A stretch of DNA of 63,457 nt from a virus (Duplodnaviria > Caudoviricetes), in IMG/VR virus record IMGVR_UViG_3300032782_000011, positions 1 to 63,457 of that record; one strand, given 5' to 3'. Of the stretch, positions 8,432 to 17,519 are shown in pieces (the first letter of the stretch is position 1; each line of letters begins with the position of its first letter). The notes beneath the pieces are model-generated. The model made no database searches and was not told the origin of the DNA. It saw only the letters and a list, made by a program, of their open reading frames with translations. Both the position numbers and the translations under genes were made by a program.

Positions 8432-8833
8432 TTAGGCTGATTGTTCGATGTCGAATCCCGTCGCGGGTGCGGGCAGGATGGGCACCGTCACGGTTGTCGA
8501 GATGGATGCTCCGGCTGAGTTCACACCAGTCACCGTCAAGGGGAACGAAGGGTTCACATCCGCAGCGGCCACCGATACGACACATGAGGTGCCATCGCCC
8601 GAGGGGGCGAGAGTCACCGATGTATCGGTTGAGGACCACGCGGGTACCGAGCCAGCCTGTAGTGCGCCGTTCGGCTTCTCTGTGAAGGTTCCGCTCCCAC
8701 CAAGTACTACACCTGTGATTGCCATACCTTTTGCTCCTTTTTGCTGGACTACGAAGCCGCAGGGTAGCTTAGTCGCGGCGAAGATGTAAAGTAAAATTAT
8801 CGCGGATACTGCCGCTCCAATCCAGAATTGCAC
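8432..8833 (-). CDS. Ig-like beta-sandwich protein with N-terminal membrane anchor; second in-frame start at 8725
   Basis: Hydrophobic N-terminus; ...PAWSSTDTSVTL... Ig-like motif; AAGGAG RBS before internal ATG 8725. Confidence 0.6.
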   Translation of the reverse strand: MQFWIGAAVSAIILLYIFAATKLPCGFVVQQKGAKGMAITGVVLGGSGTFTEKPNGALQAGSVPAWSSTDTSVTLAPSGDGTSCVVSVAAADVNPSFPLTVTGVNSAGASISTTVTVPILPAPATGFDIEQSA

Positions 8834-8837
8834 ACCC

Positions 8838-9047
8838 TCAGCTCCCTTGGGCAGGCGGGTTGAGCGCGGCCATGAGCTGCATGTAGGCGCTGTCGTTGCC
8901 TTGAGTGACTGTGACTACCTGAGCTGCGAGCTGGTCGTCGGTCAGACCACCCTGGGCGCGAAGTTGCGCGATGTAGCTGAGCAGGATGTTGAGTAGGTAC
9001 AGCGCGAGATTCACGTCGTTCACGATTGGATTTGGACTAGTAGCCAT
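8838..9047 (-). CDS. Small helical/membrane-associated protein
   Basis: AAGGAGG RBS; hydrophobic LALYLLNILLSYIA. Confidence 0.65.
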   Translation of the reverse strand: MATSPNPIVNDVNLALYLLNILLSYIAQLRAQGGLTDDQLAAQVVTVTQGNDSAYMQLMAALNPPAQGS

Positions 9048-9081
9048 TCTAGTATTTCCTCCTTATATTCCGTGCGGGTTC

Positions 9082-9510
9082 TCATTTTCCGCCTAGAGCG
9101 GCAATCAGGCCAGTGAGGCCAGTTGTGAAGCCGTTAGCGATGACTTGGATGTCCTGCTGGGCGGTGGGGTTCGATACTTTGATGAGGGCCAGCTCGCTCG
9201 GGGTGGCGAGGGCGGCGGTGAAGGTCTGAGCACAGGCGGTGTAGGCTCCAGCTTTGCCGCCTGCATTGTGAGCTTGCTGGGCGCATACGCTGAAGGCTCC
9301 ATTCGCGTCATTCACGAACTTCATGTACCCCAGGGCGCTTGTCTCTTCCTGCACGGTGATGAGCCCTTGGACGCGAAGCTGGTCCACGGTCTTCATGCCT
9401 GAGCCGACGCCGTTACCGATGTCTAGAGCTGCCTTCTCACAGGCTCCGTAGGGGTCTGAGCATCCGCCGAGCATGAGAGCAAGTGCTACTACTGCTATTC
9501 TAAGTTTCAA
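9082..9510 (-). CDS. Lipoprotein
   Basis: MKLRIAVVALALMLGG-C lipobox; GGAGG RBS with TTG start. Confidence 0.8.
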   Translation of the reverse strand: MKLRIAVVALALMLGGCSDPYGACEKAALDIGNGVGSGMKTVDQLRVQGLITVQEETSALGYMKFVNDANGAFSVCAQQAHNAGGKAGAYTACAQTFTAALATPSELALIKVSNPTAQQDIQVIANGFTTGLTGLIAALGGK

Positions 9511-9520
9511 TTATCCCTCC

Positions 9521-12316
9521 TTAGTTGACGAGTTCCGCTACCTTCCACTTCGAAGCCTCAACCATGCCGCTGGGGTTGTCGTCGCTCCATGGGGCGAGGT
9601 TTGAGCCAATCGAGACCTCCGCGCCGATGGATAAGCCACCTAGTTGCGAGATGGGGGCCGTGAGCGCCGCCTCTAACGCCTGAGCAGCCTCATGAGCCTG
9701 CCTGATGGGGACCTCCAGCACCACAGAGTCATGAATGATGGCCCGGAGTGAGCCAAGCCAACATTCTGCCACTCTGAATACCACATCACTCTGGATAAAG
9801 GAAGCGATACTTTGGGGCCGGAACGCGACCGCACGTTTGGCGTCGTCGCCGAACTCGAAGGCTTGACGGCGTGGGTTCCACTGGAACAGGGAGTAGAAGC
9901 GGTGACGCAGGCCGTAGAAGTTCTCAAGGTACTTGTTCCCGTGAGCTTCCTCAACCGTCGCACGCTGCCATGCCTTGATGTCGTCGCCGATTTCGGTGCC
10001 GAGGAGGAACTGTTGGAGCTTCCTAGCCTCAGCCTCGCTCTCGAAATCGTCAGGGTACTCTTCGTAGATTCTACGCGGCGTTCCCAAGTAACCAGTCAAA
10101 TGGGTCACTCTCTTGCATTTCTCGTAGTCGTCGGGCCACTGCTTCTTGGCATTCCGGCATGCCTGGGCAAGCTCCGTGTCGGATAAAGACAGCTTGATAG
10201 GGTGGTTGTGCAGAGCTGAAGTTAACCACCCATGTACACCTGCCTTCGCGAGCCGTATGTATCGTTCGGAGTTTGCGAGGTGCCCCACTAGGACTGCTTC
10301 TATCGCCGAGCTGTCCCCCTCGACCAACACACATCCGGGGGCGGCTACGAGCATGCGACGGAATTTCTTTGCGAGGTCGCTTCGCTTCGGGATAGTCTGG
10401 ATGTTGACGCTTCGGCATGATTTTCGCCATGTACTTGGGTGGAAGCCAAATTGGTAATGGACACGATTTTGCGCGTCCACGGGCCATGAGTACGCATTTA
10501 TCAGCTTCGCACGCTTCCTCCATTCTAGAATATCATGGAACACCTTGCCACCACGTTGCTTGGCGGCGCGCTTGAGGGCCTTCTCATCGGTTGATGTGTC
10601 GTCTGGGTCATCGGACTGTTCCTTTTTGGGCATTTTGATGCCAAGGTGCCGCGCTAGCTCCTGTACCTGAGGGGGTGAGCCAGGATTGAACTCGTCCACT
10701 CGCATGAAGCGGTAGGGTAGGGTAGGTCGCACCTTCTTCGCCGCCTTGGTCGCAATGGCCCCAAGCTCAGGCTCACCGGACAGGTCGAGGGATGCCAGCA
10801 GGGATGCTGCTGATGATAACACTTCCCGTTTGGCCCGCTCATCAAGGGCCTGTTCACGCTCCCGAGGGCGCTCTGTGGGTGAGAGGCGCTTGTCATGCTC
10901 CTGAAGGCGCTCAAGAGCTGGTGAGAGGCGCTCAAGAGAGGCTTCGCCTCCTTTCGCACCACTGGGAGCGACATCCAACGCAACCACCCCCGTCATATCC
11001 TTCGGTGGCTTCTTCCAGAACTTACGAGGCTTGAGCGCATCCGGCACCTGAGCCTGAATCCTGACATTGATGTCATCCCGCTCGGTACGGATAGCCTCCA
11101 TGAACTTGTCGCGATAGTTGGTATCAATGACGATACCTGCCCGGCCCATGGACTCCAGTATGGGAGTCATCCCGGAGCAGTACCTCATGAAGCTGTCCCA
11201 GCGCTTCTGGGCCACCAACGCATCACGAATCCCGATGTAGCAGTCCATCCCCACGGCATTATCCATGGCATTGTAGAAGGCAGGCTCAGCCTGTGAGAGG
11301 TGCTTCCATGGCCTGCCGCAGTAGTAGAAGGGAGCTACGAGATTCAAACCTTTTCTAAGGTCACTCTGTAACCAGTGCCAAGCCCACATTCCGCTAACGA
11401 TTTGCTTACCATCAAAGCTAGCTCCCGCAACTGCAAGGCGGCGGGTATCAAATCTGTTGTCGGCCCATTCGACAATAGTGCGTGACTTGGCAATAGCTCC
11501 AAAGAGTATATCAGTGAAGGGCCTCTGGAATGGGAATGAGATACCAGTACCTTTACGAACGGAGGCCCCTGCTCGGATGATGGTGAACGACGGCCCCTTC
11601 TCTTCGAGTTCTTCTTCATCAAGTTTCCCGCTTTCTGGCGTTTCAATGTCGATAAACAGCGTTCCGCCTTCAGGTAGCTGTGCAAAATAGGCCACAGCTT
11701 CTTCGGGGGTAGGGTCAAGTAGCAGCTCATATTCACTCTCCCTATGCTCACCACTCGCGATACCCAGAGCCCGAGAGAGCGCCCACAGCACCACGGGTAT
11801 CAGATTCTGCTTCCCCTTCATCAGGAAGGATGGGTGGTAGGTCGGGACCGCTGGTATGCCATACGGCGTCGGAAGAACGTAACCTGCGACAGCTTCGATT
11901 CCGCTCGTCCCACACACACGACGTAGAGCAACATTACCCATCGGGATAATGACGCGTGGCCGCCGCTCAGCAATAAGCTCATCCAGATGAGGCCGACAAT
12001 GCTCAATGGCAACAGCCGCAGCAGGAAACCGTCTGGGATTGTCCATCCAACCAAGGTGTAGCGGCGAGCACTGAATGGTGTTCCAAATCGTAAGGTCTTC
12101 ACGTCTCAGCCCCCCTCCCGGCATGAGCTTCAGGATACGGTCGAGCATGCGGCCCGCCGCGCCTGAGAACACTCTCCCAGCCTTCTGCTCGTCAATCCAC
12201 GGAGAGTCACCTAGGAGTAGAATGCCGCTACTACCATACCCGTCAGGACCGATGAACTTCTGTCCCTCGCGAGCATGAGGGCAGTTGTAGCAGCATTCCC
12301 CCTGTGGAAGCATCAC
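9521..12316 (-). CDS. polA: Family A DNA polymerase with N-terminal uracil-DNA glycosylase-like domain and 3'-5' exonuclease
   Basis: UDG family 4 motifs (CxxC, LLGDSP, FSGAAG, YHPS); Exo I DIET, Exo III YNAMD; Pol motif A DSSAIE, motif B KRVTHLTGYLG, motif C IHDS. Confidence 0.92.
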   Translation of the reverse strand: MMLPQGECCYNCPHAREGQKFIGPDGYGSSGILLLGDSPWIDEQKAGRVFSGAAGRMLDRILKLMPGGGLRREDLTIWNTIQCSPLHLGWMDNPRRFPAAAVAIEHCRPHLDELIAERRPRVIIPMGNVALRRVCGTSGIEAVAGYVLPTPYGIPAVPTYHPSFLMKGKQNLIPVVLWALSRALGIASGEHRESEYELLLDPTPEEAVAYFAQLPEGGTLFIDIETPESGKLDEEELEEKGPSFTIIRAGASVRKGTGISFPFQRPFTDILFGAIAKSRTIVEWADNRFDTRRLAVAGASFDGKQIVSGMWAWHWLQSDLRKGLNLVAPFYYCGRPWKHLSQAEPAFYNAMDNAVGMDCYIGIRDALVAQKRWDSFMRYCSGMTPILESMGRAGIVIDTNYRDKFMEAIRTERDDINVRIQAQVPDALKPRKFWKKPPKDMTGVVALDVAPSGAKGGEASLERLSPALERLQEHDKRLSPTERPREREQALDERAKREVLSSAASLLASLDLSGEPELGAIATKAAKKVRPTLPYRFMRVDEFNPGSPPQVQELARHLGIKMPKKEQSDDPDDTSTDEKALKRAAKQRGGKVFHDILEWRKRAKLINAYSWPVDAQNRVHYQFGFHPSTWRKSCRSVNIQTIPKRSDLAKKFRRMLVAAPGCVLVEGDSSAIEAVLVGHLANSERYIRLAKAGVHGWLTSALHNHPIKLSLSDTELAQACRNAKKQWPDDYEKCKRVTHLTGYLGTPRRIYEEYPDDFESEAEARKLQQFLLGTEIGDDIKAWQRATVEEAHGNKYLENFYGLRHRFYSLFQWNPRRQAFEFGDDAKRAVAFRPQSIASFIQSDVVFRVAECWLGSLRAIIHDSVVLEVPIRQAHEAAQALEAALTAPISQLGGLSIGAEVSIGSNLAPWSDDNPSGMVEASKWKVAELVN

Positions 12317-12484
12317 CCCACCTGTTCAATGAACGCCCACTCGTTGAAGGTTGCTATGACCGTATCCTCAGCGGAGCCTGTGCTCTCAAGGATGATTTCG
12401 AGATTCCCATTCTCAGTCACGTTGTAGTCGTTAGCATCGAACGGAAACACCGAATCCTCACCCTTCTCGTTGAAGATGTGTACG

Positions 12485-12724
12485 TTATACTTGTGCATCG
12501 GCACTGGACCCTTTAGCTGCTTCGGTACCTGAGACTCCGGTATCACCACTGGCAGCTCTGCGTACCCTTTTCTTTCGCGCCACAGCAACCCCATGTTTCA
12601 CCTTCCCTCCGGCGATACGCTCGGCCATGATTTCCTGCACGAGCGTAAGCGCCACCCGGCACTCATCCTCGTCGCCTTCCTTGAAGAATCTTACTGCTCT
12701 GCTCAATGCTGAACCTTTTGGCAT
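12485..12724 (-). CDS. Hypothetical protein
   Basis: AAGGGGTG RBS; in the replication operon. Confidence 0.6.
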   Translation of the reverse strand: MPKGSALSRAVRFFKEGDEDECRVALTLVQEIMAERIAGGKVKHGVAVARKKRVRRAASGDTGVSGTEAAKGSSADAQV

Positions 12725-12841
12725 GTTTCACCCCTTTAATCTAAATGAAGGGGCTAGCCTCCCCCGAAGCAGCTCCGCAGTACTGCTACGTGATGACCAG
12801 CCCCCATCCCCCGCTGACTTGGGGAACTCGTTTATGTGGTG

Positions 12842-13474
12842 CTAGCTAGCCGACCCATTCTCACTAGCAGGACTATGGTAGTTCACAAACTCTTCCCTGC
12901 CATACTGCTTTGGGGAGTTCGCTCCACACTTCGGGCACTGCACCGCTAGCTGGAAGGTCCCATCCGCATTCCTCGGCCACGGCGTATCCTTCACACCTTT
13001 CCGCTTACGTGGAGAGGTGCAGATGGTCAGGCCATGAGCCTTGCAGTAGAACCTCCATGCCACCTCACCCCTGCCCTTCGCACGTCCAGACGCGCCCTGT
13101 AGCAGCTCCACAATCTCGCGATTGCTAGGGGGATTGCTCACGGGCCGCAAGCTGAGTGACCTCATCAACTCGCCCATGCTGGAGATGGCCATCTTCTCGT
13201 GCTTGTAGGTATTCACGCGCTGGTAAGTCACCTTCTTCGGGTCGCCTGAGTCCGTCACCTCAGCGTCAAAGATGGCGCTCAAATAAGGCTTACCACCTTC
13301 CTTCGGGATGGTCACGGTATCAAATGGGTCATCCTCGCGCAGGTGGAACACAAACTCGTGGCTCCCTGGTGCTACACCTGGAGGGAATGACCCCGCTTCT
13401 GGCGCATCCCAGTCTATCTCCGGCGTGGGCTCCTCTCCGAGTGTAGCCAACAGTTCATCCAGATTCTTCGTCAT
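12842..13474 (-). CDS. Probable single-stranded DNA-binding protein with Zn ribbon
   Basis: Downstream of the Sak4-like ATPase; PPGVAPGSHEF (PxGxY-like) N-terminal motif; CxxH/CPKC. Confidence 0.5.
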   Translation of the reverse strand: MTKNLDELLATLGEEPTPEIDWDAPEAGSFPPGVAPGSHEFVFHLREDDPFDTVTIPKEGGKPYLSAIFDAEVTDSGDPKKVTYQRVNTYKHEKMAISSMGELMRSLSLRPVSNPPSNREIVELLQGASGRAKGRGEVAWRFYCKAHGLTICTSPRKRKGVKDTPWPRNADGTFQLAVQCPKCGANSPKQYGREEFVNYHSPASENGSAS

Positions 13475-13761
13475 TGCAGCGTCTCCTTATCCTTAGTGAT
13501 TGGTGCGATAAACTCAACCTGATTCGCCGAGACCCTACCCCAGCGCGCTTGGAATGCCTCAGCGGCAATCTGGAACTGTCTAAGCGACATTTCCACGAAG
13601 TACTCCTTGTTGTCGATGACCACATTCATTGCGATGGAAGGGTTCCCAGAAGTCATCCCGCGAGGCAGTACACCGATTGCTACTACTTCACCTCTGCCTT
13701 CGGGGGAGAAACCGTACCACGGCGCTTCATCCAAGTCAATAGTTATTGTGATTGCGGGCAT
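13471..13761 (-). CDS. Hypothetical protein
   Basis: AAGGAG RBS; ATGA overlap with the next gene. Confidence 0.65.
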   Translation of the reverse strand: MPAITITIDLDEAPWYGFSPEGRGEVVAIGVLPRGMTSGNPSIAMNVVIDNKEYFVEMSLRQFQIAAEAFQARWGRVSANQVEFIAPITKDKETLQ

Positions 13762-13763
13762 TT

Positions 13764-14708
13764 TTATGCGGCTCCTTTTCGCTTAGCCTGCTGCTCTCTA
13801 ATCATGGCCACAGCCCTCACAGTCTGCTCATCGAGCTTCTCGTAGAACTTACGAATGTTCGGCTCCATGACATCCTCCCACTCGTTCCAGAGCGACGAGG
13901 GGCCGCGAGGCTTCGCGATATACGGCGTCTTATACGGGTCATCTGGGTCGATGTGCTCTCTCAGCCACATCACAGGCTGCTTACGGATGACCTTAATCTT
14001 ACGGGTGGGATTCGTCGGGTCTTTCGCCTCACCCTCGACGTTCATGGGCATCAGGTGTAGCATGGCACCAAACCACGCCCCGCACTGTCCCGTTAGCGCT
14101 TCCCCGATAATCATCGGCCCGTAGATTTGGCGCTTCTGATTATCCTTGGCATCAGTCTCATGAGCCGTCCAACCTACCTTATGCACAGGCAGGTGATTCG
14201 ACATCGTTACTGCCTCGTAGATACGCTGCTGAATGAACCCATAGTGCGCCCTGCCACTGAATCCCCAGCGTAGCTCCATATCCTTGACGAAGCTCTCTTT
14301 CGGAGTCTCAGGGATGTGAATGTCTGTTCTACCGAGCAAATTGGACATAATGAGCGCGGAGAAGGTGCTCATGCCCTCAAACGCTATAGCCCCGACACCT
14401 TTGTAGTCGCTCTTCTCCAGCTTCGAGTTCGGGTCACTCGGATTCACTGGCCAGAAGCCTTGAGCCACTCTCGTGATTATCTCCAGCGGAAACTTCGACG
14501 CTAGGGATATATGGTAAGCCTCAATCAGTCCCGCATCCACGAGGTGCTCGATGGGCTTCCATCCTCCAGGGTCGGCGCTCAGCAGGCGCGTCTTCAGGCC
14601 GTATTTCGCATCTATATACTCAGCGAGGTGGCCTACTTGGCTCGTCTTGGTCGCGCCAGTACGCCCATACCAGCAATCACTCTTCGGCCCTAGGGTGATG
14701 GTCGTCAT
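13764..14708 (-). CDS. Sak4/AAA_24-like recombination ATPase
   Basis: YGRTGATKT Walker A, IAFEGMST Walker B-like, WTAHE motif; lies between nuclease and SSB. Confidence 0.8.
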   Translation of the reverse strand: MTTITLGPKSDCWYGRTGATKTSQVGHLAEYIDAKYGLKTRLLSADPGGWKPIEHLVDAGLIEAYHISLASKFPLEIITRVAQGFWPVNPSDPNSKLEKSDYKGVGAIAFEGMSTFSALIMSNLLGRTDIHIPETPKESFVKDMELRWGFSGRAHYGFIQQRIYEAVTMSNHLPVHKVGWTAHETDAKDNQKRQIYGPMIIGEALTGQCGAWFGAMLHLMPMNVEGEAKDPTNPTRKIKVIRKQPVMWLREHIDPDDPYKTPYIAKPRGPSSLWNEWEDVMEPNIRKFYEKLDEQTVRAVAMIREQQAKRKGAA

Positions 14709-14911
14709 TAAGCTACCTTCCGCTTAAACTTACGCTCCCTGCGCGCCTTCACTACTCGCCTCTCAACAACCGCAGCGCGGGGTACCGACCACTCACCACT
14801 CTTACGTTTACGCGCTGGAATCTTCCCGGCCTTTAGGAGCCGATAGGTCGCATCAAGGGTGATACCTAGATACTTCGCAGCTTCAGCTACGCTGATTCTC
14901 GTTTTGCTCAT
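14708..14911 (-). CDS. Excisionase/MerR-like HTH (HTH_17) DNA-binding protein
   Basis: ISVAEAAKYLGIT...YRLLKAGKIPARK...GEWSV. Confidence 0.85.
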   Translation of the reverse strand: MSKTRISVAEAAKYLGITLDATYRLLKAGKIPARKRKSGEWSVPRAAVVERRVVKARRERKFKRKVA

Positions 14912-14938
14912 GGATTCCCTTTCATGGAGTGCCCGCGC

Positions 14939-14977
14939 ATGGTGCTACAGCAACGGGGAAATGTCAAGACCTAGTAC
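14939..14977 (-). promoter_or_regulatory. Sigma70-like promoter for the HTH/recombination/replication operon
   Basis: GTACTAG-3nt-TTGACA-17nt-CACCAT on the minus strand. Confidence 0.5.
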
Positions 14978-15176
14978 TAAGATATTTAGGATGCAACCTT
15001 GGGCGAAGGAAGTCCCGCTTGCTAAAGCGGAACCTCCCCTCGCTGAAGGTGAATTCGCCATCCTTCGGGTCGGCGCTCACCCTCCGTAGTGGCACAACCA
15101 TGGCCTTCCCTCCCGACCGCTTAACCAGGAAGGCCCGGTCGCCCATCGTACCCAGCTTCACTTGCTTGCGTCCCAT
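14964..15176 (-). CDS. Small basic hypothetical protein
   Basis: TGATG coupling with the upstream gene. Confidence 0.55.
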   Translation of the reverse strand: MGRKQVKLGTMGDRAFLVKRSGGKAMVVPLRRVSADPKDGEFTFSEGRFRFSKRDFLRPRLHPKYLSTRS

Positions 15177-15673
15177 CAGTCACCAACCGTGATGCCATCC
15201 GGCGCATGCTTCGAGCCGAGAGCCGTCCTGATACCCGTGGTGCGGTGGCGGAACTGGCGCTTCGCTCCCTTACCCGTACCTTTAGCGCCGTTCTTACCCC
15301 CACCGTAATGAGTACCGAGCAACTTGGCCTCACTTGGAGCCTTGAGCTGATACGTCCCCGGCGCAAACCCAGCCTCGCGGTCAAACGATACGACCTCACG
15401 GCTGGCGCTTTCCGCCAAGAAGTACCTCGTGGCTTCGTTCCCCTTGATGAGGTACACCACCTTGACCGCAACGATGACCCCTCGCAGCTCCAACTCGCGC
15501 TTGCACGCTACAGCCATGGCGCATGCGTTATGGTCTCTCACTCGTGAATTAGCGTTATCCTGAGCCGTAACTTCGATGCGGATGTCTTTCTCACCATCTT
15601 TCACCTTGGTTACGTTCGGGAAGTAGGTCTTCACGATTTTGAGAGCCCTGCTCTTCCTTTTATTATCTACCAT
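15176..15673 (-). CDS. Hypothetical protein (165 aa)
   Basis: GGGGG RBS; tightly packed operon. Confidence 0.65.
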   Translation of the reverse strand: MVDNKRKSRALKIVKTYFPNVTKVKDGEKDIRIEVTAQDNANSRVRDHNACAMAVACKRELELRGVIVAVKVVYLIKGNEATRYFLAESASREVVSFDREAGFAPGTYQLKAPSEAKLLGTHYGGGKNGAKGTGKGAKRQFRHRTTGIRTALGSKHAPDGITVGD

Positions 15674-15676
15674 TGC

Positions 15677-16255
15677 TTACTTGCCCCCTTTCCTGAGCAG
15701 TTCCGCAACATCTTCCCTAAGTGCTACTGCATCTAGGTTATGCCTCACGGCGTAACCTTCGAGCCAGCTACTCAGGTACCCCGCAGCGAAGCCGATGAGC
15801 TTCTGGTCTTTCGCTTCGGGAGCCCCAAGCACCGACACGATACCCTTCGGCTGGCGAGGAGTGAAGCTGGTCGTCACGGCCCCGCGCTCCTTCTCGCCAC
15901 GAATGGCATAGTAGGCTACCTTCCCGATAGTCACCCCGAGCTTCTCGGAAATCTCCCGGTACGAGTAGTTCTCCTTCCGCAGCTCCTTGATGCGAGCTAC
16001 GAGCAGAGCTGTCTCCTCGTTCTTGAGTGGCGCGCCTGCGCGCACCTGCCTACCGTTTCGATTGCCATACAGTAGATTACCCAACTGATTGTAGGTAATC
16101 CCCAACTGGACAGCAATATCCGCAAGCCTGAGCCCTTGGCTTTGCAGCTCACGAGCACGCTCACGGAGCTTCGTCTTCAGGTCTGGCTCCAGGTCCATCC
16201 GGTGCCGTTCCTGTTGCTCCTGTTGTTCCGATGCTGCTACCTCTACTTCTCCCAT
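15677..16255 (-). CDS. Tandem HTH DNA-binding protein
   Basis: Two HTHs: GLRLADIAVQLGITYNQL and YSYREISEKLGVTIGKV; GAGGAGG RBS. Confidence 0.75.
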   Translation of the reverse strand: MGEVEVAASEQQEQQERHRMDLEPDLKTKLRERARELQSQGLRLADIAVQLGITYNQLGNLLYGNRNGRQVRAGAPLKNEETALLVARIKELRKENYSYREISEKLGVTIGKVAYYAIRGEKERGAVTTSFTPRQPKGIVSVLGAPEAKDQKLIGFAAGYLSSWLEGYAVRHNLDAVALREDVAELLRKGGK

Positions 16256-17519
16256 GGTCATCCCCCTCCTCTTGTGGGTGATTTGGAGTACGATACTTGT
16301 ACCCCAAGTTCGTTGGGTCTGAGGCCGCGTTGCCCCAGCACAGGTCATAGGCCATGCACTTTCCAGGCCTCAAACAATTACCTGAAGCGGTGTGCATTGG
16401 AAATTTGTAATCCAATGTCTGTGAGAATGTCGCCGGGTCGCCTGGCTCAACAGGCTCGTCTATCTTAGACGCTCGTACAAACTGCATGAGGCGAGACTCG
16501 CCAGCAATCTTCACTTCGCGCCCTAACACCTGACGCTTCCACCTCTCAATGTGATACTCACTCCTCATAATCGGAGGAAGCTCAATGAGCTGCTCCTCTA
16601 GCAACGCACGGTCATTCTCATAGAGAAAGTCAATCCATCCGATGATGCCACCAGGGTAGCGCTTCTCGACACTTTCCTTGACGACACCACTCAGCTTGTG
16701 AGTGCGCCCACCGTCACACTTTCGCCCATTCCCTAGCTTATGCGGCCTGGTGCAGCTCCACTCGTATCGCTGATACCACTCATCCTCGCTTACTGGAGGG
16801 TCGCCACCCCGAAACCACGCATAGAGCAACGGTGTATTGTGGTAGAAATGCCCACTCCCCTTTGGATACTCCAGCACCTCACCAGTGATGAGTCCATCGA
16901 TACAGACCCCAGCGCACCTATCTCGCCCCAGCCATCTATCAACAGCGAGAGGCTCAGAGAGCGTGCTCATGTCGAGCGCCCACTGTTCGCGCCATGTGGT
17001 GTTTGGGCTCCGTACCGTCTTGATATTCCTCACAAACACCGATTCGTCGAACTTACGCTTCACGATGACATCGGCGCGGGTCATCATCCTGACGGTCTCA
17101 GTCCCAACAGGGAAGTCCACGTCAAGCTCCTGCTCGATAGCGAGGATGTCGTTATCAGCGAGGAGTGACTCTCCCCGCACCCGGCACCATGCATACACGA
17201 GAGCCTTAACAATCTCGCCACCCTCGGTGATGCGAAACTTCCCCTCGTCGTCGAGTTGGGTCCAGTCAACGATGGATTTGCACTCATCGAGGAATGACTC
17301 GGCTGCGACTATCGCAGCGGCCCTAGGAGTGGTACCGAGTGCGCGAACACCGGACAGCCACGCTTCGATACCCTCATGAACCCACGTACCAATCCGCGCA
17401 TCGAGCTTCAGGTCTTGGCGACCTTCCAGGCCACGGCCCTCATACTCATAACGCCAAAACCTCAAAGCTGGACACTTCTCATAATCCGCAATCCTAGACC
17501 TGTCGGTCTTGATAATCAC
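16161..17519 (-). CDS. Cas4-like PD-(D/E)xK exonuclease
   Basis: YEKCP...GTWVH...IEQEL...RADVI...NIKT...CLRPGKCMAYDLC (four-Cys Fe-S pattern). Confidence 0.85.
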   Translation of the reverse strand: MIIKTDRSRIADYEKCPALRFWRYEYEGRGLEGRQDLKLDARIGTWVHEGIEAWLSGVRALGTTPRAAAIVAAESFLDECKSIVDWTQLDDEGKFRITEGGEIVKALVYAWCRVRGESLLADNDILAIEQELDVDFPVGTETVRMMTRADVIVKRKFDESVFVRNIKTVRSPNTTWREQWALDMSTLSEPLAVDRWLGRDRCAGVCIDGLITGEVLEYPKGSGHFYHNTPLLYAWFRGGDPPVSEDEWYQRYEWSCTRPHKLGNGRKCDGGRTHKLSGVVKESVEKRYPGGIIGWIDFLYENDRALLEEQLIELPPIMRSEYHIERWKRQVLGREVKIAGESRLMQFVRASKIDEPVEPGDPATFSQTLDYKFPMHTASGNCLRPGKCMAYDLCWGNAASDPTNLGYKYRTPNHPQEEGDDHGRSRGSSIGTTGATGTAPDGPGARPEDEAP

